47,345 bases of DNA from Candidatus Actinomarina sp. (lineage in GTDB: Bacteria; Actinomycetota; Acidimicrobiia; Actinomarinales; Actinomarinaceae): contig JBJKUD010000024.1 of assembly GCA_045563315.1 (NCBI GenBank), forward strand, positions 1 through 47,345, given 5' to 3'. Positions 28,064 through 37,033 of the stretch are shown in pieces; position 1 is the first letter of the stretch, and each line of letters opens with the position of its first letter. The notes below the pieces were generated by a model. The model was not told the origin of the DNA, ran no database searches, and saw only the letters and a program-made list of their open reading frames with translations. The position numbers were made by a program, and so were the translations under genes.

Positions 28064-29602
28064 TTGGATATTAAAAAGTCTGCAGGTCTAATAATGCACC
28101 CAACTGCATTGCCTAGTAAATATGGAATTGGTGATTTTGGTGATACTTCCAAATTATTTATTGATTTTTTAAATGAAACCTCAACCAATATATGGCAAGT
28201 TCTTCCACTTGGCCTTACGAGTCTTGATGAGTTTTCACCTTATTCAAGTCCCTCTTCAATTCTGGGCAATAGATACTTAATTGATGTAGATAAGCTATCG
28301 ACTTACGATAAAGTCGATTTTGAAATTCCACAATTTTCAAAAGAGTATGTTCAATACAAAGATGTTTACAAATTTAAGGATGATATTTTTAAAAAAATTT
28401 CGGAAAATATAGACATAAATGATAAACCCTTTTCAACATTTCTTAATAATGAATTAATCAGAAAACATATAACTTTTTTAATACTGAAAGATTTAAACAA
28501 AGAATCATGGAACAACTGGGAAAAAATTCATCATAAATATAGTGATAATTTATTTGAAAAGCTATCAGATGAGAATTCAAAAATAGTAAATTTTCATGTC
28601 TTAACTCAATACGAATTTTTTAATCAATGGGACTCATTGAAAAAATATGCAAATGATAATAATGTTCAAATCCTTGGAGATATACCTATATATGTCAATC
28701 ATGATTCAGCCGATGTTTGGTTAAACAAAGAAATGTTTGAACTTGATGAAAGTGGAAATATGGAATTTGTCTCTGGTGCAGTTCCAGATAGTTTTAATTC
28801 AGAGGGTCAGGTTTGGGGAAATGCATTGTATAAATGGGATATACATAAGAATGATGATTTTAAGTACTGGAAGGAAAAGTTGAATACATCATTGAATCTT
28901 TACGACTATTTAAGGATTGATCACTTTATCGGCTTCTTTAAATTTTGGGCAATTCCAAAAGGTGAATCTGCCTTAAATGGACACTGGAGAGAAGGCCCAA
29001 GATTAGATTTCTTTGAAACAATAAATAAGGATGTGGATTTAACTAGATTATTAGCTGAGGATTTGGGCGTTATTTTAAAAGAAACAAAAGAGGTTTTGGA
29101 AAAATTTAATATTCCAGGAATGAAAGTTCTCCAGCAGAGAATTCCCGATTCAGATGAAAACCTTCCTTATTTAGGTGATAGTGAAGAGATCGATAAAAAA
29201 AGTTTATTTGATGAAGCATCTGATGATTATTTTGAAGAGACTCACCCAAGTAATTGGGAGTTTAGTCTTGCAGCCTATACAGGAACTCATGATAGCCCTA
29301 CGACTAAAGAGTGGTTTGATGAAGTAAGTAAATCTAAATACCAAAATTTTCTAGATTATTCTCAACTGATTAATAACAAATTTGACAATGATGTCTGGAA
29401 TTTTATTTCACTTGTTTGGGAGTCAAATTGTCAATTAGCTATTACTACAGTCCAAGACTTGTTAGAACTTGACTATAAAGGAAGATTTAATATTCCTGGA
29501 ACATCTGAAAATAATTGGATATGGAGATTAGATAATTTTGATTCTCTTAAAAATGTAACAAATGTTTTAAAAGAATTAAATCACTCAACTAATAGAAATT
29601 AA
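28064..29602 (+). CDS. malQ: 4-alpha-glucanotransferase (GH77 amylomaltase)
   Basis: HPTALP, WQVLPL, GDIPIYV, RIDHF, AEDLG, YTGTHD, NIPG. Confidence 0.95.
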   Translation: MDIKKSAGLIMHPTALPSKYGIGDFGDTSKLFIDFLNETSTNIWQVLPLGLTSLDEFSPYSSPSSILGNRYLIDVDKLSTYDKVDFEIPQFSKEYVQYKDVYKFKDDIFKKISENIDINDKPFSTFLNNELIRKHITFLILKDLNKESWNNWEKIHHKYSDNLFEKLSDENSKIVNFHVLTQYEFFNQWDSLKKYANDNNVQILGDIPIYVNHDSADVWLNKEMFELDESGNMEFVSGAVPDSFNSEGQVWGNALYKWDIHKNDDFKYWKEKLNTSLNLYDYLRIDHFIGFFKFWAIPKGESALNGHWREGPRLDFFETINKDVDLTRLLAEDLGVILKETKEVLEKFNIPGMKVLQQRIPDSDENLPYLGDSEEIDKKSLFDEASDDYFEETHPSNWEFSLAAYTGTHDSPTTKEWFDEVSKSKYQNFLDYSQLINNKFDNDVWNFISLVWESNCQLAITTVQDLLELDYKGRFNIPGTSENNWIWRLDNFDSLKNVTNVLKELNHSTNRN

Positions 29603-29886
29603 TTACTGTCCCTTATATAGTCTATGACTAACTGCGCTTGTTCCTCAGTTATACGAACTGCAGGCATTGATCCTTTACCTTTTAAAATAGTTTGAAGCCA
29701 ATATGAGTCTGGTTTATCTAGAACATTACTCATTTTCAGACTAGGCCCAACCCTTCCAGAAAAATCTTCTTGATGACATGCAGAACATCTGGCTGTATAA
29801 ATTTCTTTTCCTGATGTAAGCTCAACTGTCTCTTGAGATCCACATGCAATAAATAAAAAAAGAAACAAAAAAAGAACTTTTTTCAT
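29599..29886 (-). CDS. Monoheme c-type cytochrome lipoprotein
   Basis: Lipobox FIAC, CSACH heme motif, distal GSMP. Confidence 0.88.
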   Translation of the reverse strand: MKKVLFLFLFLFIACGSQETVELTSGKEIYTARCSACHQEDFSGRVGPSLKMSNVLDKPDSYWLQTILKGKGSMPAVRITEEQAQLVIDYIRDSN

Positions 29887-29888
29887 TT

Positions 29889-30026
29889 TTATTCTTCTTC
29901 TAGACCAGTTTTAAACTCTCTAGTTGATTTGCCTAATGATCTTGCCAAACTTGGTAATCTTTTGGCTCCGAAAAGCAATAATAAAATTGATAAGATGATA
30001 AGTAATTCAGGTAATCCTAATCTCAT
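29889..30026 (-). CDS. tatA: Twin-arginine translocase subunit TatA, 45 aa (not in ORF track)
   Basis: Hand translation MRLGLPELLIILSILLLLFGAKRLPSLARSLGKSTREFKTGLEEE*; E, FG, LP, LG, FK signature. Confidence 0.95.
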   Translation of the reverse strand: MRLGLPELLIILSILLLLFGAKRLPSLARSLGKSTREFKTGLEEE

Positions 30027-30045
30027 AAGTTAATTTTAACTTAAT

Positions 30046-30957
30046 TTATTCTTTATTATCCTTTAAAGATTTCTTTTGTAAAAAACTAATAAGTACATAA
30101 CCAACAATAGAAAAAGCAATAAAGAATAGTATTTGGTCTAAATTATCTAGGTTTGGAAATTCTGGCCTTGTCACAACTGCTTCTATTTCTCCTTCGCTAT
30201 TTATTCGAGATTCTAAAATGTTCCTAAATGGCCAGATCTTTATTAAAGAACCAATTAAAAACCCAGAGAGTAGTGACAAAATTTCATTTTTTAAATTTGT
30301 AAATAAATATGACAAGACTCTACTAAAAATGATTAGCCCAACAATACATCCAACAGCAAAAATAGATAGTATTTGTAAATCAAAATTCTTTATTGCATTA
30401 ATGATGAATTCATATTTTGAGAGCAAAAGAAGGATAAATGAACCACTTATGCCGGGAAGTATCGTAGCTGTGACTGCAATTGACCCTGATAAAAAAATAA
30501 AAATCGATGTGTTTGGGGTTGATGCTGGTGAAAGAAACGAGATTAATCCAGCAATTACAATTCCTGTTACTAATAAGAGAACATTTCGGCTATTTAGGCT
30601 TTCAACTTGTTTAATGATCATTACTGCCGAAGATAAAACTAGACCAAAAAATAATCCCCAGATTTTATATTCATGATTTGCCAATAAAAAACTGATTATG
30701 TTTGCTAAAGAAAAAACTGCCGCAGTAATACCTAAATAAATAGTCAAAAGAAAATTTCCATTAAGCTTTGACCAAAATTTTTTTATGCCATCTCTAAATA
30801 ATATTTTAAATAATGAAAGATCAATTCTTCTTATGGACTCAATAAGTTCTTCATAAATACCAGTTATTAAAGCAATTGTACCTCCGGATACTCCAGGAAC
30901 AATATCAGCTGCACCCATCGCGACGCCTTTTAAAAAAAGAACTGCTCTTTGTTTCAA
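30046..30957 (-). CDS. DUF368 membrane protein (undecaprenyl-phosphate translocase family)
   Basis: KGVAMGAADIVPGVSGGTIALITGIYE and ILPGISGS. Confidence 0.9.
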   Translation of the reverse strand: MKQRAVLFLKGVAMGAADIVPGVSGGTIALITGIYEELIESIRRIDLSLFKILFRDGIKKFWSKLNGNFLLTIYLGITAAVFSLANIISFLLANHEYKIWGLFFGLVLSSAVMIIKQVESLNSRNVLLLVTGIVIAGLISFLSPASTPNTSIFIFLSGSIAVTATILPGISGSFILLLLSKYEFIINAIKNFDLQILSIFAVGCIVGLIIFSRVLSYLFTNLKNEILSLLSGFLIGSLIKIWPFRNILESRINSEGEIEAVVTRPEFPNLDNLDQILFFIAFSIVGYVLISFLQKKSLKDNKE

Positions 30958-30958
30958 T

Positions 30959-32113
30959 TTAAGCCTCTGAAGTCTTTGGAGAAAATAAATTATAAAATAT
31001 AGGTGATATTGTTGCTGTTAGGACTGCAAGAAGAATAATTTGTTGTTCTAGGGATTTTGATATTAGTTCGAGTTCAACTCCAATTTCAGCCATCGCAATA
31101 ATTAAACTAAACCTTGCTGCAAGAAGAAATCCACCCGCAACAAGTTGTCTAAGTTTTATCTTTGTAAAAATAAGTAGAAACGAAGGGATGATCTTAACTA
31201 CTAATGCAATTCCCAAAAGACTTACAACCTCAACATAGAACTCAGTATTTTTAAAAACTTCAATATCGTAATTTAATCCGATATTTATGAAAAATATTGG
31301 AATCAAAAACCCATAAGAAAAACCCTTTAGACTGTTTTCAAGACTTCCTCTATTAGGAAATATAAATGCAAATAATGTTCCTGCCAAAAAAGCTCCAAGA
31401 ATATATTCAATATCAAATAGAACCGCAACACCCACTAAAGTTAGCATCAAAGCAATAGAGCTTCTGATTCCCATTTCTTCTGGATCGCTTCCATCAAACA
31501 TTCGTGAAAAAAGCTGGGGATTCCACCATGCAATTCTTCGAATGATTCTAAGAATTAATATTACGATTAAAAAGTACAAGATTACGTTTAGGTTGGATAA
31601 AGAAAAACCTTCTGAGTGTTGTAATGATGCAAAAACTGTTACACCGATCAAAGTAAATATGTCGGCAATAAGTGCCGACATAAACAATGTTTGACCGTAA
31701 TTTGTTTTAATTGTGTCATCACTTCTTAGCACTGTAATGACAATGTCAACGCTTGTTGTGCAAAGTACAAGTGCGAGGAATATTGGATAATCTAAGGTAA
31801 TAATTAAATAAAATGATGTGGCAACCGTCAAAATATATATTGAAAGAGGAACTGATAAAGTTCTAAGTCCCTTTTCTCTGAATTTATCCAATTCAATTTC
31901 AAATCCAGAAAGAAACATCAGCAACATAAATCCAAATATTGCTAGACCGGAGATGAATTCAGAAATTTTGACAATACCAAGTACAGGACCTACTAAAATT
32001 CCATATGCAATTTCTAAAACAATGCTTGGTATATTTATTTTCTCCGCAACTAAAGGCAATAGGAATGCACCTAAAGATATTATTACCAAGGATAAAGCGT
32101 CAAAATTTTCCAT
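30959..32113 (-). CDS. CPA2-family cation:proton antiporter
   Basis: Multi-TM; LMFLSGFEI, TTS, LIAD, LGAFLAG, IPIFFINIG. Confidence 0.88.
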   Translation of the reverse strand: MENFDALSLVIISLGAFLLPLVAEKINIPSIVLEIAYGILVGPVLGIVKISEFISGLAIFGFMLLMFLSGFEIELDKFREKGLRTLSVPLSIYILTVATSFYLIITLDYPIFLALVLCTTSVDIVITVLRSDDTIKTNYGQTLFMSALIADIFTLIGVTVFASLQHSEGFSLSNLNVILYFLIVILILRIIRRIAWWNPQLFSRMFDGSDPEEMGIRSSIALMLTLVGVAVLFDIEYILGAFLAGTLFAFIFPNRGSLENSLKGFSYGFLIPIFFINIGLNYDIEVFKNTEFYVEVVSLLGIALVVKIIPSFLLIFTKIKLRQLVAGGFLLAARFSLIIAMAEIGVELELISKSLEQQIILLAVLTATISPIFYNLFSPKTSEA

Positions 32114-33519
32114 TAATTAGGAATATATAAAACTGAAGATTTAGAGTTCTGCAAAACAAATTCAGCAATTTTCTTACCTTGCCAGTTTGATTGGCTTGTT
32201 TGACTTATTATTGATAAATCTATCTTGTCAGTAAAGGAGGTGAAAACTTTTGCTTCATTGCCCTCAGCGTTAATAATTTCGCATTGAACTTCGTTAGATA
32301 GTGCTAAATCTTGAATCTGTTCAGAATATAGTCCAGATTTATTTGTTGTTTCGGATTGTAAAAATTTTGGTTGTGTTACATTTAAACCAATAACATCGGC
32401 AGAAAGAGTAGATGCTAAATCAAAAGCTACATTAACGGGGCTATTGTCACTGAAATCATCACTTACAAGTATTCCAATTTTCTTATATGGAAATGTTGAT
32501 CTTGAAAATAAAAATGGAATCTTATGCTTATTTGAAAAATTGATATAAGTTTTTATTTTAGACTTTGTTACTTCCTTTTCATCGAATGGAATCAAAACTG
32601 TACCTATTGAAAAAGAATCTTTATTTGTCTCAATTTCCTTTAAGAGTGATTTTTGAACATCATAAAGTTCGAAATCTTGATCTTTCATTATTGCTTTATA
32701 GGTTTCAGTCTGATCCTCTTTTTTATCTGCAAATATATCACCGGAAGTTAATATATCAAGTTTGTCCGCTTTCGTATTTCTGAGAAAATATTCTGCTTCT
32801 GACAAATTTTTTAATTCATCTTCATTGTTTAGATAAACTGCAACATTTTTTCCAAACTCCAGTGGAAATCTTGACTCCGATCCAGAAAATAAATTAACGA
32901 CATTAGCGAAAGCTCCTGATTGAAGAACTATTGTTACAAGATCACCTGTTTCAAGTTCAGTATCACCATGTGGTATCACAACATTACCTTTTCTTAATAG
33001 TGCGCCAACAATAAAAAAGTCTGAACCAATATCTTTTAATTTCTTTCCCCTTGCTGGACTGTCAGAATTAATTTCTAATTCAATTGCTTCTGCTCTACCA
33101 CCAGCAAAAGCCTGTGAAACTACTCTTCTTGGCTCTAAAATATGTTCAAGCCTTCTCCCAATTATTATGTCAGGATCAACAACTTCTACATCTAGATCTT
33201 TATATTGTTGTAAATTATTTTGATCATTTACGATTGAAGACAATCTAAATATATCATTTTGTTTTGCTATTTTTAATGCTTCAATATTAACTTCATCATC
33301 ATCCGTCAAGGTTACAATTGCACTCGCATTTTCTATACCTGCTTTTTTTAACACTAGTGTTGAAGTACCGTCACCTTGGTACTTTTCTATTTGTCTGTTT
33401 GGATTGAAATTTCTTAATTTTTCTTGGTCCATATCAATCACAGATACACTCCATCCAGTGCTTATTCTGTTTATTAATTGACGCGCTTCTCCATGTGCGC
33501 CGATGATAATTACTTTCAC
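32113..33519 (-). CDS. TrkA-like RCK_N + RCK_C protein with USP-like C-terminal extension
   Basis: MKVIIIGA, GDGTSTLVLKKAGI, LTDDDEVN, VIPHGDTELETGD; ends IAEFVLQNSKSSVLYIP like USP domains. Confidence 0.8.
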   Translation of the reverse strand: MKVIIIGAHGEARQLINRISTGWSVSVIDMDQEKLRNFNPNRQIEKYQGDGTSTLVLKKAGIENASAIVTLTDDDEVNIEALKIAKQNDIFRLSSIVNDQNNLQQYKDLDVEVVDPDIIIGRRLEHILEPRRVVSQAFAGGRAEAIELEINSDSPARGKKLKDIGSDFFIVGALLRKGNVVIPHGDTELETGDLVTIVLQSGAFANVVNLFSGSESRFPLEFGKNVAVYLNNEDELKNLSEAEYFLRNTKADKLDILTSGDIFADKKEDQTETYKAIMKDQDFELYDVQKSLLKEIETNKDSFSIGTVLIPFDEKEVTKSKIKTYINFSNKHKIPFLFSRSTFPYKKIGILVSDDFSDNSPVNVAFDLASTLSADVIGLNVTQPKFLQSETTNKSGLYSEQIQDLALSNEVQCEIINAEGNEAKVFTSFTDKIDLSIISQTSQSNWQGKKIAEFVLQNSKSSVLYIPN

Positions 33520-33629
33520 GTGTTTATTATCCTATATATACGATTTTCATAAAGGACTACTTTTAAAAACTTATGATGAATAAGAGAGATTTAATGGGGT
33601 TTTTTTAATTTTTACTTAATTTTTAATGT

Positions 33630-34721
33630 TTAATTATTGAAAAGAAAATGTAAAACATCTCCATCTTCAACAATATAATCTTTTCCCTCAGCCCTTAATC
33701 TTCCAGCTTCTTTTGCTCCCTTTTCTCCGTTATTTGAAATGAAATCTTCAAATCCAATGGTTTCTGCTCGTATAAATCCTTTTTCAAAATCACCGTGTAT
33801 TTTTCCAGCTGCCTTTGGTGCTTTATCTCCAATATTTATTGTCCATGCTCTTACTTCTTCGGGACCAGCTGTAAAATATGTTTGTAATCCTAAAAGTTTA
33901 TAACCTGCATTAATTAATCTGTCTAGTCCCGAATCGCTCTGCCCCATTTCTAACAAATACTCACTTTTTTCTTTAGGGTCAAATTTAGAAATTTGTTGTT
34001 CTACATCTGCACAAATAGCAACTACTTTAGAATTGTCTCTTTTTGCATATTCGATAATCTCATCAAGAAAAGTATTATCCTTGAATCCACTTTCACTTAT
34101 ATTTGCTACGTATAAAACTGGTTTTAAAGTTAGTAGTTGAAAACCTTTTAAGATTTTTAATTCCTCGTCATTAAAAGACAACTGCCTAATACTCTCTCCA
34201 TCTTCAAGGACAGGCAGTATTTTTTCTAATAAGTTCTTTAACAGGATTCCCTCTTTATCTCCAGATTTTGAGTTCTTAAGTGATCTTTGATAAAGTTTTT
34301 CTACTGTACTTAAATCTGCCAAAACAAGTTCAGTATTAATAATCTCAATGTCATCTATTGGTGAAACTTTTCCAGAAACATGTACGATATCATCATTTTT
34401 AAAAGCACGAACAACATGAACTATTGCTTCAGTCTCGCGAATGTTTGCCAAAAATTGATTACCTAAACCTTCTCCTTTTGAAGCTCCTTCAACCAACCCT
34501 GCTATATCTACAAATTCCATAACTGCTGGTATTACTTTCTTGGGGTTTACGATCTGAGATAATTTATCTAAACGCTCGTCAGATATCGGAACAATTCCAA
34601 CATTTGGTTCAATTGTGCAAAATGGATAATTTTCTGATTCTATGTCTGCTTGAGTTAAAGCATTAAATAATGTTGATTTTCCTACATTAGGTAACCCGAC
34701 GATACCACACTTAAATCCCAT
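33630..34721 (-). CDS. ychF: Ribosome-binding ATPase YchF
   Basis: [30 protein letters not shown] domain FEKGFIRAE. Confidence 0.97.
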   Translation of the reverse strand: MGFKCGIVGLPNVGKSTLFNALTQADIESENYPFCTIEPNVGIVPISDERLDKLSQIVNPKKVIPAVMEFVDIAGLVEGASKGEGLGNQFLANIRETEAIVHVVRAFKNDDIVHVSGKVSPIDDIEIINTELVLADLSTVEKLYQRSLKNSKSGDKEGILLKNLLEKILPVLEDGESIRQLSFNDEELKILKGFQLLTLKPVLYVANISESGFKDNTFLDEIIEYAKRDNSKVVAICADVEQQISKFDPKEKSEYLLEMGQSDSGLDRLINAGYKLLGLQTYFTAGPEEVRAWTINIGDKAPKAAGKIHGDFEKGFIRAETIGFEDFISNNGEKGAKEAGRLRAEGKDYIVEDGDVLHFLFNN

Positions 34722-34825
34722 AATTTTTTTCCATTTGATGAAGGATAATTAACTTTTTTATTTATTTTTGCAATGAGAGCCCCATCGAGTAAATATTTTG
34801 ATTAAAGTCATAATTGAGGGGATAT

Positions 34826-36136
34826 ATGACCGAAAAAAATAACAAAAAAACTATTTTCGGCTGGTCAATGTACGATTGGGCAAAATCTGCATATGAAACT
34901 ACAACTCTTGGTGCAGTTATGCCAGTATATTTTGTAAGTGTTGTTGTGCCAGAAGAAGGATTTTTATTCAGAGGTAATTTATACACAGGTGCTGAGGTAT
35001 GGGGATTTGCAATTGGTTCAGTTTTATTCATTTTCTTTCTAATTATGCCAACAATTGGAGCCATCGCAGACCTCGCTGGATCCAGAATGAGATTATTTAA
35101 GTCTTTTGCTTATGGAGGAGCAATATTTGCATCTACATTTTACTTTGCTCAATCAGGAGATGTTGTTTTAACCCTTTTGATATATTTCTTAGCTCAGCTT
35201 GGTGCAACTGGATCAAATGTTTTTTACGATAGTGTTTTAAAAGATATAACAACAGAAGATACTATTGATCAAGTTTCTGCAAAAGGGTACGCCCTTGGGT
35301 ATTTAGGTGGAGGTTTACAGCTTCTACTTTCATTAGTTATCATACAGCTCGGACCTTCATTGCTTGGAATTGATGCAACTTTAGCATCTAGAATTGCAAT
35401 AGCTTTTGCAGGTTTATGGTGGTTATTATTCTCAATATTTAGCTTTTCTAGAATGAAAATAGACGAAACAAAACCTGAAGAAACTCTTAATAAAAACTAT
35501 TTAACAGCAGGATGGAAGACAAACTTGACTACCCTCAAAAAAGTAAGAAAATTTCCTTTCTTGCTTTATTTTTTATTGGCATATATTTTCTACTGGGATG
35601 GAGCCCAAACAGTAATTAATATGGCAGGTCCATTTTTTAGTGAAGTACTTTTGCTTGATCAGACATCGATAATAGTCGTTTATCTTGTTGTACAATTTAT
35701 AGCTTTTATTGGTGCAAGGCTTGCTGGTTATCTTGCTGGAAGAATTGGTCAGAAAAACACCTTAGTTTTTACAATCGCGCTTTTCTTTCTGGCAGGCAAT
35801 GGTGCATACTTTGTACCTGCAGAACAACTTTTACCTGTCATACTTTTAGGTGTAGTAGTTGGTATGGGAATGGGTGGACTGCAGTCTGTCAGTAGAAGTG
35901 TATATGCAACGATGTTACCAAAAGGAGCAGAAGGTGAATTTATGGGTTTCTTTTCAGTAATTTCTAGATTTTCTGCAATTTGGGGACCTTTGATATACAG
36001 TTATGTGAGTTCGACTACGGGTAATCCAAGGTTATCTCTACCAGGTATCTCATTATTTTTCGTAATAGGATATTTACTTTTAAGAAATGTTGATATAAAT
36101 GCGCAAATCACAGAAGAAGAATGGGCAGCTAGCTAA
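34826..36136 (+). CDS. MFS transporter, UMF1/Atg22-like
   Basis: WSMYDWAKSAY, NVFYDS, GYALGYLGGG, SRSVY; start placed at ATG 34826 after GAGGGG RBS (track start 34814). Confidence 0.88.
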   Translation: MTEKNNKKTIFGWSMYDWAKSAYETTTLGAVMPVYFVSVVVPEEGFLFRGNLYTGAEVWGFAIGSVLFIFFLIMPTIGAIADLAGSRMRLFKSFAYGGAIFASTFYFAQSGDVVLTLLIYFLAQLGATGSNVFYDSVLKDITTEDTIDQVSAKGYALGYLGGGLQLLLSLVIIQLGPSLLGIDATLASRIAIAFAGLWWLLFSIFSFSRMKIDETKPEETLNKNYLTAGWKTNLTTLKKVRKFPFLLYFLLAYIFYWDGAQTVINMAGPFFSEVLLLDQTSIIVVYLVVQFIAFIGARLAGYLAGRIGQKNTLVFTIALFFLAGNGAYFVPAEQLLPVILLGVVVGMGMGGLQSVSRSVYATMLPKGAEGEFMGFFSVISRFSAIWGPLIYSYVSSTTGNPRLSLPGISLFFVIGYLLLRNVDINAQITEEEWAAS

Positions 36137-36965
36137 TCAATTTAGCTAAATTTGAATACAGACCAGATACCGTGATAGGTCCTACTCCTCCAGGATACGG
36201 AGCTCTTCCACTCAAGTAATTATCTAAATCAGTGTCATCTATGTCACCATATGATTTTCCTTCAACAATAGAAATACCAACATCTATGACATAGGAGTTT
36301 TCTTTAAAATATGACTTATCAAACAACTTTGATTTTCCAACTCCAGATATGAAAATATCTGCATTGGATATAAATTCTTTTTGATTCGAAGTTTTGCTAT
36401 GAATTACTGACACATTTGCATTATATTGTTTTGAGCTTAAAATTTTCGAAAGGGGTGAGGTTACTAACCTTGATCTTCCTGCAATAACAATATTCTTATC
36501 TTCGGTATCAATTTGATAATGTGATAACAATTCAAGTATTGCTAATGAAGTTGCAGGAATAACATTAAAGTTGTCAGAATAAAGCTTTCCTAAATTGAAT
36601 GAGGTTAGACCGTCGACATCAATATCACTTGGAATTAGATCAATAATCTTTTCAATATCCAAGTGATCAGGCAGTGGAAGCTGAATAATCATTCCTTGCG
36701 ATGATGAGGAGTACTTAACAATTGTTTCTTGAAGTTCACTTTCTAATGTGGTCTCATTCAACTTAATCCAATTAAATTCAACACCTAATTTTTCAGCTTT
36801 TTTCTCTTTTACTGATACATACATTAAAGATGCAGGGTTGTCTCCTACAGTAATAGCCGTTAGTTTTGGAAGTTTATCATTTTCAGATGTGTAATCTTTA
36901 AAAATATCTTTACTATGTATATCTAGATTTTCTGCAACAGGTTTACCATATAAGATTTTGGACAT
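36129..36965 (-). CDS. folD: Methylenetetrahydrofolate dehydrogenase/cyclohydrolase
   Basis: VGDNPASLMYV, QLPLP, DVDG, GRSRLV, IDVG, PGGVGPIT. Confidence 0.93.
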   Translation of the reverse strand: MSKILYGKPVAENLDIHSKDIFKDYTSENDKLPKLTAITVGDNPASLMYVSVKEKKAEKLGVEFNWIKLNETTLESELQETIVKYSSSSQGMIIQLPLPDHLDIEKIIDLIPSDIDVDGLTSFNLGKLYSDNFNVIPATSLAILELLSHYQIDTEDKNIVIAGRSRLVTSPLSKILSSKQYNANVSVIHSKTSNQKEFISNADIFISGVGKSKLFDKSYFKENSYVIDVGISIVEGKSYGDIDDTDLDNYLSGRAPYPGGVGPITVSGLYSNLAKLIS

Positions 36966-37033
36966 ACGACAAGTTTAATAAATCACTTAGTTAGTTTATA
37001 AATTATTTCGTTAAAATGACATTGGAGATAAAT

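Noticed and set aside
33520-33629. ncRNA or terminator between ychF and the TrkA-like gene
   Set aside because: AT-rich with no convincing stable stem or recognisable RNA motif
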